Notes: generated by a model not told the origin, from the letters alone. Positions 29,580 to 40,900 are shown, numbered from the stretch's first letter. The stretch: DNA of 64,000 nt from Candidatus Latescibacterota bacterium (GCA_965248265.1 CBDFJF010000002.1:736001-800000), one strand, 5' to 3'. Numbers and translations: made by a program.

Positions 29580-30293
29580 TCAAGCGTGCTGCGTCACTTC
29601 GTCGCTGAAGATACCCCAGACGCGACGATAGATCCCCATCAGGAGGTAACTGAGTACGAGGGGAAAAAAAAGCTGTTTCGAGGTTGCTGGCAGGCAGATT
29701 AGCACGATGCTTCCAAGGAAGTACACCTGTTTGATCCGATCCGTAAGGGCCGTCGACCGAAAGTTGGGCACCGGATCATACTCGATTCTGCTGACCATGA
29801 GATAGGACAGAAACAGCACCATGGCGACGGCCAGTGTGGCGGCGTGCTCGCTGGACCATGCGGTCTCGGTGAAGACGACGTATTGACTGAGGGCTATCGC
29901 TGCCATCGGGATCGGCAATCCGGCAAAGAATTCGCCTTTTTCGCCATCCTGGCTCAGGATGTTGTAGCGGGCAAGGCGAAAAGCACCAGCCAGCAGGAAC
30001 ACGAACGCGATCGTCGAACCCCAACCGGTGTCGAAGAGACTGCGGTAGACCATCACCGCCGGCACCACACCGAAGGTGCACACATCGACCAGCGAATCGA
30101 TTTCGACACCGAAGCGTGAGTCCTTGCCCACCAACCTGGCGATGCGTCCATCCATGTTGTCGAGACACGCGCCGAGTACGATGAGCCAGGCCGCGGGCAC
30201 GTAGTTGCCTTCGATGACGTAGCGCAAGGCCCAGAACCCGCAAAACAGATTGCCGACCGTGAACACACTAGGCAGAATCGCCCTGTACCTCAT
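29580..30293 (-). CDS. pssA: CDP-diacylglycerol--serine O-phosphatidyltransferase
   Basis: TVGNLFCG, DNMDGRIAR, FGVEIDSLVD..FGVVP, RLARYN; next to psd. Confidence 0.92.
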   Translation of the reverse strand: MRYRAILPSVFTVGNLFCGFWALRYVIEGNYVPAAWLIVLGACLDNMDGRIARLVGKDSRFGVEIDSLVDVCTFGVVPAVMVYRSLFDTGWGSTIAFVFLLAGAFRLARYNILSQDGEKGEFFAGLPIPMAAIALSQYVVFTETAWSSEHAATLAVAMVLFLSYLMVSRIEYDPVPNFRSTALTDRIKQVYFLGSIVLICLPATSKQLFFPLVLSYLLMGIYRRVWGIFSDEVTQHA

Positions 30294-30940
30294 CCCTTAT
30301 GCACTCCGATTACAGTTTCGCCCGCTCGTACACGCTGGCCCAGTTGCACCTGCAACTCGGTCTGCGACGGCAGTATGTGGTCAACACGTGATCCAAAGCG
30401 GATCAATCCGAAGCGCTCGCCCAGGAGCACGCGGTCGCCAACACTAAGATAACAGCAAATGCGCCGGGCGAGGATACCGACGATCTGCTTGACCACCAGC
30501 CTGGTAGAATCACTGCTGATGGCGATGACACTCTGCTCATTCGTCGTCGAGGCAATCGACGAGTAAGCGACCCCGAAGGCCCCGCTTCGACGCTCGACAT
30601 GGTCTACACTCCCCGCGATCGGTATTCGATTGACGTGAACATCGAAAATCGACAGGAAAATGCTAACTCTGACAGCCGGAGCTGCCAGGTCCTCGTCTTT
30701 CTCCAACTGGTCGATGGCCACGACTCGGCCGTCAGCAGCAGAGATGATGGCGCCCGGGAGGTCAGGAGCCGTCCTCTCGGGATCGCGAAAGAAGTAAACG
30801 ACAAAACCGGTCAACAACGCCAGCGCAACTGATGGATAGAGGAACAAGGAAGAGAGGTATTGAGAGGCCATCCAGGCCAGCGCCGTTAGCAGAATTCCGG
30901 CTCCGATGAACGGAAATCCCTCACGCGCGATCAATACCAC
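30290..30940 (-). CDS. psd: phosphatidylserine decarboxylase proenzyme
   Basis: FFRDPER, ADGRV, FDVHVNR, IRFGSRVD. Confidence 0.93.
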   Translation of the reverse strand: MVLIAREGFPFIGAGILLTALAWMASQYLSSLFLYPSVALALLTGFVVYFFRDPERTAPDLPGAIISAADGRVVAIDQLEKDEDLAAPAVRVSIFLSIFDVHVNRIPIAGSVDHVERRSGAFGVAYSSIASTTNEQSVIAISSDSTRLVVKQIVGILARRICCYLSVGDRVLLGERFGLIRFGSRVDHILPSQTELQVQLGQRVRAGETVIGVHKG

Positions 30941-32094
30941 CTCTGCCGTTGGACCTCTTCAAGAACGAACGAGACCGATTGACGCTTGCCATCGCGATAC
31001 AGATCAAGCGCGCAGGTCTCGCCCACTCGTAGAGCCTCCAGTATTCCTTTGACTTCCTGTGCACTGCGAGCGACTTCACCGTTGATGCCGACGATGACGT
31101 CCAGGCGATCGACTCCTGCCAGGTAAGCGGGACTGTCGACGCTCACTTGAACCACGATGGCACCACTCGCATCCGGGAGCTCCAGGTACTCCGCCTGAGG
31201 GCGCGTGATATCACGGATTTCCGCGATTCCCGTCCAACCCTGACGGACCCGGCCGTGGGTGCTGATCTCATCCAGAAACTTCTTGCCGGCATCGATCGGA
31301 ATGGCGAACCCGACACCTGCTGACCCTATGCTCTCGTCGCCGGTAATGATGAAACTGTTTATGCCGATGACTTCGCCCAATGCATTGACCAGCGGCCCAC
31401 CGCTGTTACCATGGTTTATGGCGGCGTCCGTCTGGATCATGTCCCGGTAAAAGTACTTGCCCTGAGGCTCCCCGAAATCCCTGTCTATCCCACTGATAAT
31501 ACCGATACTTGGGGATGTACCAAGGGCGAACGGATTACCGATGGCGATGGCCCATTCACCGACCAAAATATCGCCGGATTGACCAAGAGGCGCAACCGGA
31601 AGGTCCTCGGCCTCCACCTTGAGGATGGCCAGGTCAATGACGTGGTCGGAAGCCACATGCTTGGCCTCGAGCCGGCGCCCATCAGGGAGCGAAATTTCCA
31701 GGCGCTGAATGCGCCGGACCTTGCCGACAACGTGGTCGTTGGTCAGGATGTGGCCGTCTTTTGAAACAACCAGGCCCGAACCGGTGGAAACGCGGTCCCG
31801 CTCTCCTCTGAGTAACTGGGATCCGAATGGCGACATCGGGAAAAAGAGCTCGAACATGGGATCGCGGTAACGGTACACGACACGTTCGCGGTGGGTGGCG
31901 AGAATGGAGACGACGGACGGCGTCACGCGTTCGATGGCACGCACCACCGCTGTCCTTCTCGAAGAGGAGATATCGTCTGCCGGCAGGATCGCGGGAACAA
32001 GAAGGCCAATGGTCACCGTGGCCGTAACGAAGCGGCGCTGCGCTGCCCTGGAGCGGTAGCAAGCAGGCCAATATAATGCGTAGAAAATCATCAT
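30931..32094 (-). CDS. HtrA/DegP-family serine protease with PDZ domain
   Basis: TNDHV, DLAILK, QTDAAINHGNSGGPL, C-terminal PDZ. Confidence 0.92.
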   Translation of the reverse strand: MMIFYALYWPACYRSRAAQRRFVTATVTIGLLVPAILPADDISSSRRTAVVRAIERVTPSVVSILATHRERVVYRYRDPMFELFFPMSPFGSQLLRGERDRVSTGSGLVVSKDGHILTNDHVVGKVRRIQRLEISLPDGRRLEAKHVASDHVIDLAILKVEAEDLPVAPLGQSGDILVGEWAIAIGNPFALGTSPSIGIISGIDRDFGEPQGKYFYRDMIQTDAAINHGNSGGPLVNALGEVIGINSFIITGDESIGSAGVGFAIPIDAGKKFLDEISTHGRVRQGWTGIAEIRDITRPQAEYLELPDASGAIVVQVSVDSPAYLAGVDRLDVIVGINGEVARSAQEVKGILEALRVGETCALDLYRDGKRQSVSFVLEEVQRQRWY

Positions 32095-32147
32095 AAGTAT
32101 CTATCTATAGTAGATATTACAGCGTTTTGTCACAAAAAGACCTCGAC

Positions 32148-32912
32148 TCAATCTCCGGGGTACTTGACATACAGGAGGCACAGTCCGCAGGCCGGCACTG
32201 TGGGTCCAGCATCCGACCTGTCCACTCCGTGCTCGCTATCCGGTTCAGAAAGAAGATGGCCGATGGATGCGCTCGCCATCTTGCCACGACCTACCTCCAC
32301 CAGGGTACCCACGATGATCCGGACCATGTGACGGAGGAACCGATCGGCTTCGATCTCAAAAGTCAGGTCGTTGCCCTCAACCGTCCACTGGCAATCCGTG
32401 ACTTCGCACAAGAAGCTGTTCGGGATGGGGTCGTGATTGCAGAAGGCTTCAAATCCGTGCTGACCGTACAGCAGACGACTGGCATCCTGCATGGCGGCGA
32501 GGTCGAGGGCTGGTCGGTACAGGGTCCACACCTGACGCCGCTGCAACGGGGACTTGGCCATTGAGATGCGATAGCGGTACCTCTTGCTGAGGGGACTATA
32601 GCGGGCGTGGAAATCGGCCGGGACCTCGCGCACCGCGGTGATGGCGATATCATCCGGGAGCAGGCCGTTGAGGGCGTGCTTCATGCGGTCGGAATCGTGC
32701 CTGGAGTCCGTGTCGAAGTGCGCCACCTGTCCGCGGGCGTGGACCCCGGCGTCTGTGCGACCGGCACCCACCGGGACAATCTTTTGCTGCAGGAAGCGGT
32801 TGAGCGCGGTGCTCAGCTCACCCTGGACCGTGCGCCCTTGAGGCTGAATCTGCCAGCCGACGAAATCGGTGCCGTCATACTCGATGTCCAGCCGGACTCG
32901 GCGCGTGTTCAC
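32148..32912 (-). CDS. truA: tRNA pseudouridine(38-40) synthase
   Basis: YDGTDFVGWQ, GRTDAGVHA, FHARYS, FLRHMVR. Confidence 0.96.
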   Translation of the reverse strand: MNTRRVRLDIEYDGTDFVGWQIQPQGRTVQGELSTALNRFLQQKIVPVGAGRTDAGVHARGQVAHFDTDSRHDSDRMKHALNGLLPDDIAITAVREVPADFHARYSPLSKRYRYRISMAKSPLQRRQVWTLYRPALDLAAMQDASRLLYGQHGFEAFCNHDPIPNSFLCEVTDCQWTVEGNDLTFEIEADRFLRHMVRIIVGTLVEVGRGKMASASIGHLLSEPDSEHGVDRSDAGPTVPACGLCLLYVKYPGD

Positions 32913-33736
32913 ACGACAATCCCGAGACTGGGCACGAGTCCGAGGATGGTAGCGAGCGCTACGATTATACCGACCGCGACGGCTGCGTGTAGATCGCGCC
33001 GGCCCAATTCCAGCAGGTGGTAATTCGTGCGTCCGACTCCGCCGCGATAGCAGCGGCTCTCCATGGCGATGGCAAGGCGGTCGGCTCGCGCGAAAGCGGA
33101 GAGGAACAGCGGTACCAGAAGCGGCAGGAGCTGACGGGCGCGGCGGATGGGGCCACCGCTGAAGTCGGCGCCCCGGGCGAGCTGCGCCTTGTGCAGCCGT
33201 TCGGCCTCTTCGATGAGCACGGGGATGAAGCGCAACGCGATCGTCACCATCATGGCGAGTTCGTGCGCCGGAAACCCGAAACGGCGCAACGGATTCAGAA
33301 GGCGCTCGAGCCCATCGGTGATCTCAATCGGAGAAGTCGTCAACGTCAACAGGGACGCCAGGCTGACGACGACGGCCAATCGCAAAGAAAAGAACGCTCC
33401 GAAGCGAAGTCCCTCATAGGAGAAGCCGAGATCGGTCAACGGTATTCGCACAATGACGACACCGGGACTCATCAGGCCATGCATGATCAGTGTGAAGGCG
33501 AACAACCAGAGAAACGGTCGAAGGTTGCGCAGCAGCAGCGTCATCGTCAGTAGAGACAGCCGTGCCGACACCAGGACGAACACTGAAAAGAGGATCAGCG
33601 CCGGAAGTCTGTCACACTGAACGGCCGCGATCATGAGCGCCAATGTGGCGACGAGCTTGGTACGCGGGTCCAGTCGGTGGACGGGTGAGTCGAGGGCGAC
33701 GTACTTGCCGAGGGCGATGTTCTTGAGGGTGTTCAT
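32909..33736 (-). CDS. ecfT: energy-coupling-factor transporter T component
   Basis: HRLDPRTKL, IALRFIP, AQLARG, AMESRCY. Confidence 0.92.
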   Translation of the reverse strand: MNTLKNIALGKYVALDSPVHRLDPRTKLVATLALMIAAVQCDRLPALILFSVFVLVSARLSLLTMTLLLRNLRPFLWLFAFTLIMHGLMSPGVVIVRIPLTDLGFSYEGLRFGAFFSLRLAVVVSLASLLTLTTSPIEITDGLERLLNPLRRFGFPAHELAMMVTIALRFIPVLIEEAERLHKAQLARGADFSGGPIRRARQLLPLLVPLFLSAFARADRLAIAMESRCYRGGVGRTNYHLLELGRRDLHAAVAVGIIVALATILGLVPSLGIVV

Positions 33737-34650
33737 GCCTGTGGATGGTGGGTATGGGAACCATAGATCAGGGTCGTTGACATCGAGGCGTGGCCCAGAA
33801 GTTGTTGCACGTCACGCACGTCTCCCCCGCCGTCGACCAGATGGGCGGCGAAGGTGTGGCGCAAGGTCTGTGGGCTGACTTTCCGCTGAATCCCCGCGGC
33901 TCGAGCAGCCGATTTGATGATTTTCCACACACTCATGCGAGAGAGCGCGCGTCCGCGCACGCTCAGAAAAAACGTTCTGACGTCGTCAGGGTTCAACCTG
34001 TGCAGTTCGGGTCTTGCATGGTCGGCGTAGCGCCTCAATGATTCAACAGCTGGCTCGCCGATCGGAACCGTTCGCTCTCTGGCGCCCTTGCCTGGAATGC
34101 GGACCAGGCCGGATTGCGGCAACACGTCATGCTCATTCAGCTGGATCAACTCCGACGCCGTTATTCCGGAAGCATAGAGCAACTCGAGAAGGGCGCGATT
34201 TCGCAAACCCACAGGATGATCCTCCCTGGCCGTTTCGACGAGTCTCTTGGCCTCGGCTATGCTCAAGAAATCCAGTGACCGTGGGATCGGTACGACGGTG
34301 GTGATGCGCTCGGCCGGATTGCGGTGACATAGGTTGCGGGTCTGCAGGAATCGATGGAACTGCCGTACGGACGAGGTGTTGCGTGCGAGGCTGGCCGTGG
34401 ACAGTCCCTGATTTTGCAGCTTTTCGAGCAATCCGTGGACATGGTCGGGACCGACCTCCTCGAGGCTGCTCACGCCCTGGGCGTCGAGGAACTCAAGATA
34501 GCGCTGTACATCGCGGCGATACGCGGCGCTGGTGTTGACACTCAGCGTCTCGTCGAGCGACTGCAGAAAGATCAAGAAGGGGGAGCGGAGATGTTCCGGT
34601 AACCGGATGGGAGACGCGCTACTGTGCCCCGGGGAGGCGGACCTTGTCAT
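33733..34650 (-). CDS. XerD-like tyrosine recombinase with degenerate active site
   Basis: SAM-like N-domain, GKGARER, LRHTFA, LLGHAS..TTLIY; LYASGIT replaces LYxxGxR and QTLRH replaces HxLRH. Confidence 0.85.
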   Translation of the reverse strand: MTRSASPGHSSASPIRLPEHLRSPFLIFLQSLDETLSVNTSAAYRRDVQRYLEFLDAQGVSSLEEVGPDHVHGLLEKLQNQGLSTASLARNTSSVRQFHRFLQTRNLCHRNPAERITTVVPIPRSLDFLSIAEAKRLVETAREDHPVGLRNRALLELLYASGITASELIQLNEHDVLPQSGLVRIPGKGARERTVPIGEPAVESLRRYADHARPELHRLNPDDVRTFFLSVRGRALSRMSVWKIIKSAARAAGIQRKVSPQTLRHTFAAHLVDGGGDVRDVQQLLGHASMSTTLIYGSHTHHPQA

Positions 34651-35209
34651 AGTCGATCTGAACCCCCTCGAACTCCAAAAGTGCCTTTTTCCAGTGCGGT
34701 CCGGCGGAGTAGCCGATCAGGCCTCCTGTCGCCGCCACGGCACGGTGGCACGGATAGATGATGGGCAGCGGATTCTGGCTCACCGCGTTGCCGATAATTC
34801 GTGCCTGACTTTCCGGCAGGCCCAGTCGCATGGCGATCTGGCCGTAGGTTTCGAACTGGCCGTGCGGAATGCTATTCAGCGAGCTCCAGATTTTGCGCTG
34901 AGCATCTGTTCCCACTCCGGGCGGCAATGGGACATTGAACTCGGTCGGCTTGCCGATGAAATACTGCATGAACTTGGTGATCAGCTCCTGCCCGCCTGCG
35001 TGGGGAGGCAAGAAGCGGCGGATGCTGGTGCGGCGCTCGCCGGGATCGAATGGACCGATGACGATATTGATGACCGTTTCCTCATGCCAGCAAATACGCA
35101 CCGTGCCAAACTGGGTGACGACGTCCGTGGACGCGGTCATGGTGTTGTTGATTTCGTCGTGGAACTTGGGTCGAACAGATCCCTGGCCGACGTCGTGGTC
35201 TTCGCTCAT
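34619..35209 (-). CDS. ogt: methylated-DNA--protein-cysteine methyltransferase
   Basis: IPHG..TYGQIA, NPLPIIYPCHR, LLEFEG. Confidence 0.9.
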   Translation of the reverse strand: MSEDHDVGQGSVRPKFHDEINNTMTASTDVVTQFGTVRICWHEETVINIVIGPFDPGERRTSIRRFLPPHAGGQELITKFMQYFIGKPTEFNVPLPPGVGTDAQRKIWSSLNSIPHGQFETYGQIAMRLGLPESQARIIGNAVSQNPLPIIYPCHRAVAATGGLIGYSAGPHWKKALLEFEGVQIDYDKVRLPGAQ

Positions 35210-37080
35210 GCCGTCTCCGAGTCTTGCGGGCGAAGCTCGTTTTCAGCCAGTTGTTCTTTGATGGCACGCGCTATCTTGAGGCTGATTCCCCTGGTCGTGG
35301 CGATCTCGTCAACCGGGGCGGAGCGCAAGCGATGCACCGAACCGAACTGTTGCAGCAGGGCCTGTCGACGTCCCGGCCCGACGCCCGGGATGCCGTCCAG
35401 CTCGGATGCCACCGTACGCTTGCCACGCAGCTTCTGATGATACTTGAGGGCGAACCGATGTGCCTCGTCGCGCAACGTCTGCAACAGACGCAAGCTGGCG
35501 GATGCTCTCGGCAGCAGGACAGCCTCGCTGCTACCGGGGACGAACACTTCCTCCAAGCGCTTTGCCAGGCCGATGACGGGTTGATTCCGGATACCGAGTT
35601 GGTGCAGGGCGGAAACGGCATTCGACAGCTGTCCCTTGCCGCCGTCGACCATCAGCAGATCCGGGAAGGGCTCGCCACGCTCTTGCAGACCTCGGAACCG
35701 CCGCAACACGACCTCGCGAATGCTGGCAAAGTCGTCGGGAGCGCTGACCCCTTTGATGCGGAAGTGGCGGTACTCGCTCCGGCGGGGCTTGCCGTCAACG
35801 ACGCAGACGACCGAACCCACGGTGTCCGTACCCTGGAAGTTGGAGATGTCGATCCCTTCCACCCGACGAGGCGCTGACGGCAAACTCAGATCGCGCTGCA
35901 AGGCTGCCACCGCCTGGGGCATTCGATCCTTCGTGAGCTCGCGCTTCATTTGACGTTCCCGCAGGATGTGACCGGCATTGATGTCGGCCATCTCCTGGGA
36001 CTTGGCCTTCAAGCCGCGCTGACTGACGGCGATTTCCACCTTTCCGTCAGCCTTCGTCGACAACCACTCGCTGAGTACGACGGCATCCGGTAATGCCACA
36101 CGGCAATGGATCTCCCGTGGGATGAAATCGGTATGCAGGTAGAACTGGCCGACAAAAGCGGAGACGATCTCCGCATCCTCGTGATCGATGACGCCATTGA
36201 GGAAGTGGTGTTTCTGTGCCAGCAAGCGGCCCTCCCGAATCTCGAGCACGGTGCAGCAGGCCTCGTCGTCGCTCCGGGATAGCCCGATTACATCGCGGTT
36301 CACGTTCTGGTCGAGGACCACTTTTTGCCTAGCCTGCGTCATCCGCAGGGCGTGGATCTGGTCACGAAGTCGAGCTGCCTGTTCGTAGCGCATCTCCCGA
36401 GAAGCCCGGGTCATTTGTTGATCCAGTTCCCTCACAACGCTGGTGTTATTGCCCTTGAGAAAGCGCACGGCGCGATCGACGACGGCGCGGTACTCTCCCT
36501 GTTCGACCAGGGCTTCACACGGACCATCACAGCGATGGATCTGGTGTTCCAGGCACAGCTTGACGTTGGCCGCCGGCAGGTCGTAATCGCAGCTGCGCAC
36601 GGGAAAAATCTTGTGCATCACATCCAGCGCCGTCCGCATGGCCTTGGCGTTGTGATAGGGTCCCAGGTATCGCGACCCATCGCGCACTATATCCCGCGTC
36701 CAGAAGATTCTCGGAAAGGTCTCATGGGTGATCCGGATGAACGGGTACTTCTTGTCGTCCTTGAGATAGATATTGTAGCGTGGCCGATGGGTCTTGATGT
36801 AGTTGCTCTCGAGAATGAGTGCCTCTTTGTCGCTTTCAGTCACGACGTAGCCGATGTCGCGGATCTTGGCGACCAAAGCCTGCAGCTGAGGCCTTCCATC
36901 ATCGCCGGCACCCTTGCTGAAATAGGAGCGCACACGGCTGCGCAGGCTTTTAGCTTTGCCTACGTAGATGACCCGGCCTTGCTCATTCTTCATCAGGTAG
37001 ACTCCCGGTTTCGCCGGCAGGCTACCCAACTTGAAATGCAGGTGTTCTGATACCGATTCAGTCATCCCAACGGGGCGCAT
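35206..37080 (-). CDS. uvrC: excinuclease ABC subunit C
   Basis: PGVY..YVGKAKSLRSRVRSYF, DISN, DGGKGQL, RDEAHRFA, HhH. Confidence 0.97.
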   Translation of the reverse strand: MRPVGMTESVSEHLHFKLGSLPAKPGVYLMKNEQGRVIYVGKAKSLRSRVRSYFSKGAGDDGRPQLQALVAKIRDIGYVVTESDKEALILESNYIKTHRPRYNIYLKDDKKYPFIRITHETFPRIFWTRDIVRDGSRYLGPYHNAKAMRTALDVMHKIFPVRSCDYDLPAANVKLCLEHQIHRCDGPCEALVEQGEYRAVVDRAVRFLKGNNTSVVRELDQQMTRASREMRYEQAARLRDQIHALRMTQARQKVVLDQNVNRDVIGLSRSDDEACCTVLEIREGRLLAQKHHFLNGVIDHEDAEIVSAFVGQFYLHTDFIPREIHCRVALPDAVVLSEWLSTKADGKVEIAVSQRGLKAKSQEMADINAGHILRERQMKRELTKDRMPQAVAALQRDLSLPSAPRRVEGIDISNFQGTDTVGSVVCVVDGKPRRSEYRHFRIKGVSAPDDFASIREVVLRRFRGLQERGEPFPDLLMVDGGKGQLSNAVSALHQLGIRNQPVIGLAKRLEEVFVPGSSEAVLLPRASASLRLLQTLRDEAHRFALKYHQKLRGKRTVASELDGIPGVGPGRRQALLQQFGSVHRLRSAPVDEIATTRGISLKIARAIKEQLAENELRPQDSETA

Positions 37081-37456
37081 CGATTGCTCGTAAATGCAAT
37101 AATACAGTATAGATAGCCAAATTGAGCGGATTGCACAACCGGCCGTAGCGGCGATTCAATGTGCGATAAAAACCTGCATGAATATCCAACCGGTGAGGAA
37201 AATCACCGCTCTCCAAATGCGAATCAGCATATTGTACGTGGAGTATAGAACAATTAAGATCATAACGGTGCTATTACCGGCTGTGTTGATGATCACTCAG
37301 AATATCGTCCCGATTGCCGGTTGCTACCGATATCGCGTAGTTCCAGCCACGCCACATACCACTCCGCTGGCTGCCTCCGGTCGCCCCAACCGAGCCCTGT
37401 GCGTGGACGACCAAGAACTCAACAACTACCCAGTCATTGCGCTACCGGAGCCAACG

Positions 37457-37790
37457 ATGACGAAGCGGATAGCAACACTTCTCGCCACGCTGTTTGTGTT
37501 CGCTCACATGAGCCCGGCGACCAGCTTTTCTCAAGATCCTATTCTCGCCTTCGGCGTCGCCGAGGATGCGGCCGTGAATGGTACCGGCGGCGTAATGTTC
37601 CTGGCTGCCCGTTGAAGTGACCGACAACACCGTCTTCATCGATGAGAACTCGAAAAGTCTCGACCCCGACGCACTGCAGCAGGGCGATAACGTGAATGTT
37701 GATGCCAAGTATTCGACGACTAGCGAGCCCACCGCACTGCTGGTTCAGAGAGTCGATCCGGCCGTCGCAGAGGGCCGGCACTGCGAGTGA
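37457..37790 (+). pseudogene. frameshifted, truncated paralogue of the 5' end of the surface-protein gene at 42644
   Basis: MTKRIATLLATL... vs MTKRIATILTAL...; TGA at 37613-37615, similarity continues in +1 frame (QQGDNVNVDAKYSTTSEPTALLV vs MQGDQLNIEACWTKEGVPTATVV). Confidence 0.7.
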
Positions 37791-37948
37791 TGTGACTCAC
37801 AGGCTTCCGGGCGAATTGTTGCGATACTAGTTGGCTAAGGTCTGTATGCGTTTTGCGGCAGTCCGTATATTGTGCAACTTGAGGACGGCCCTCGACCGCA
37901 GCGTCTCCTTCACCCCTACCGCAGGGCCGTTTTTCGAAAGGAAACGAC

Positions 37949-40900
37949 ATGTCCATGGCGCTCCGGCACCCGATCCCTCGGCTCTCGTTCACCCTGCTGA
38001 CTGCGTCTCTTCTCCTGTGGGCGGAGGAGAGTTTCGGCACCACCAATGAGAATTTTAACGCGGTCATCGCGAACCAGCAGAAGGTGTTCAAGAACCCGCA
38101 GCCCGGCCAAGAGATTCGGGTTAGAATAGGGGTAGAAGGCATCTCAGAGGTCAGGCAGATCAGCGCTCAGGTCGCCTACGATCCCGAGTTTTTCGACTTC
38201 GATGAAGTCGTGAGGGGAAATCTCCTCGAGGATGGCGAGTTTTTCGTAAGTAGTAATGAAATGGTCGGAAATCTCTCGGCGGTTTCCGCAGGCGTAATCA
38301 GCTTTGGCACAGAGCCCGACCGCTCCAGCAGGGGGATCGTGGGAGAGTGGGTGTTCATTCTGAGGGAGCCGATCACCGAGATGGACGGACACACCGACCT
38401 CTCGCTGACTTACATCAGAGCCGCCATGACGACGGATGATGCCGACGAGCGCGTGTTCGCGCCTGGCGTACTCACCATCACGGCCGCGTTCGATCGGTCG
38501 AACAAGTTCGAAGGCAAGGGGGTGAAGGCCTTCCCGCGGTTCCGCAGTGCCTCGATCCAGTGGAAAACTCAGGAGCGGGGCATCCAGGACGTCGCCAGAG
38601 TCGACGAGTTGAACCTGACGGGCGAGTTCGTGAGGATCGGCGAGTTCGAGCCGAATTACCCGGATCAGGCGCTGGATCTGCTACGCGACATGGATCAATA
38701 CGCGCGCCGAGCGGCGGCGGGAGAAGTGCCGGACGTCGATTTCGTGAACGATGATGTCGAGACAATCCGCGCTGCCCTGAATATTGGCACGCCCGGCTTC
38801 GGGCTACCCGATCTGTTTCCGGACCTGCTGCAGTTAGCCAGACCTATATACAAGCGGTTCCTAGACCAGATACACCTTGTGGAGGTCACCGGGCTCACGC
38901 AGGGCACGCACTACCGGGCCTGTGTCGAGTCGACCAGCCTGACGGGTAACTTGAGTCCTGGGCCTCCTGAGGGGTGCGTGGAGTTCGATACGCGATCGAG
39001 GCAGGATCTGCGCAGGGCGGTGGCCAGCAACTTCGATTGCCAGCGGGGACTCACTTCTTCAACATGCGATTTCGACACCAACCGCCTGGTCAAGACGTCC
39101 TACTCGTTCTTGACGGTCGAAGACACGGGCCCGTCAACGATCGCCGGGATCAGTCAGCCTTCGTTAGGCGAGGTGGTCGCGACCGGGGAAGTCAACCCGC
39201 TTGGAGCCAAGGAGACCAACTTTACCGTCAAAGGTCTCGATCCGGGCACCCGGTACGGCATCGAAATCACGGCCGAACTGGTCGGGGAAATCTCCGACGA
39301 TCTGCCGCCCGGTTTTGCCTTGATCGACCTGCCCACGAGGATCATCAGAACACGGGCCAGACTCCCGGGAGGGGGGGCCATCACGGGCCCTCCCGCCCCG
39401 ATCCCGAGTTCCCAGAGTGCCGTGATCAAGTTCAACACGCCGCTGGCCGTCGTGGCCGACGTGTTCTTCGCAATCGGCCCTGATGTCGATCTTGCGTTGA
39501 AAGCGACCGCGAATCAAGAGGACTTTCCAGAAGATGATTTCACTTGGATGGCCAGCGGACAACGAGGTACGAAACATGAAATTGAGCTTTCCGGCCTCGA
39601 TCCGTTGACGAACTACGTCTATAAGATCGAGTATGACGTCGAGGGTGGTGAGAGGTTCTCCACCCGTGCCGATGGCAACACCAAATTCAGCGGGGTACTG
39701 GAGTTCGACACGACGGACCCCGCCGACCAGTCCCCGCCCGCCCTCACCGAGGGTCCGCGTGTGTTCACGACGGATGTGATCGCGGTAGCTCAATTTCGCA
39801 ACGATGTGGCGTCGACGGCATCCGTCTTTGTCGGCACGGCCTCCACCCTCGGGACCTCCGACGAGTACGAGTTCTCCGATGGGATACTCGACGGCAAGCA
39901 CAGCATCGTCATGTCGGGACTGGATCAAGGGGTCGACTACCTCTACCGCATCGAGTACACCGGCGCCAACGGCGTCACCGGAATCTTCTCCGGATCAGGT
40001 GATGTCGCCGGCAAGGCCACGGCGGCGTTGCAGCCGCCCGGCGGTGGGGGCGCCTTCACGACGACGAATGTTCCCGACACGCAATTTCCTGTGATCCTGA
40101 CCGGCCCCACGGTGTCGTCGAAGACCCACGACACCGCCATCGTCGAGTGGACGACGGACGAGCCCGCCGACAGTGACGTCCAGTTCGGCACGACAGAGCT
40201 GGATGAGCAGGAGGCCTCCGGCGTCAGTGAAACGAGCCACAAGATCACGCTGCCGGGTCTGACGCCGGGGACCACGTATCAGTACATCGTGGCCTCGACG
40301 GACGCTTCCGGCAACGGCGCCACGCAATCGGCCACGGCCGTGTTCACGACGGATCCGGAGATCGACCTGACCGCCCCCTCCATCGTCGGCACGCCCTCGA
40401 TCGGCTACAAGAATGAAAGCTCGGCCACAGTGCTGTGGACGACCAACGAAGAGGCCACCGGCAAGGTCGAATTCGGCACCGATGCACAGCTGGGCTTCAT
40501 CCGCACGCTGCCCGAGACGGAGACCGTGCACGAGATCACGCTGACGAATCTGGAGGCCTCGACGGAGTACTTCTACCGGGTCAGCTCCACCGACCTGAGC
40601 AACAATGGGCCGACGGAGTCGAGCATCCTCAGTTTCACCACCGACGCGGCCCCCGATCTGACGTCCCCGACGATCTCGAACATTCAGGTGGAGGAGGATG
40701 AGACTTCCGTCATCATCACTTGGGACACGAACGAGCTGGCCGACAGCTTCGTCGACTTCGGCACGACCTCGGGGCTGCTGACCTCCACGGTCGGCGACGT
40801 CGAGGATGTGACCGAGCACGAGATCACCATGACCAACCTGGAATCGGCCACGACCTACTTCTACACGGTCGGCTCGATCGACCGGGCCAACAACCCGCCG

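Noticed and set aside
24057-34650. radC and xerD-like genes as markers of an integrated element
   Set aside because: Both are embedded among housekeeping genes with no att repeats, tRNA or cargo seen.
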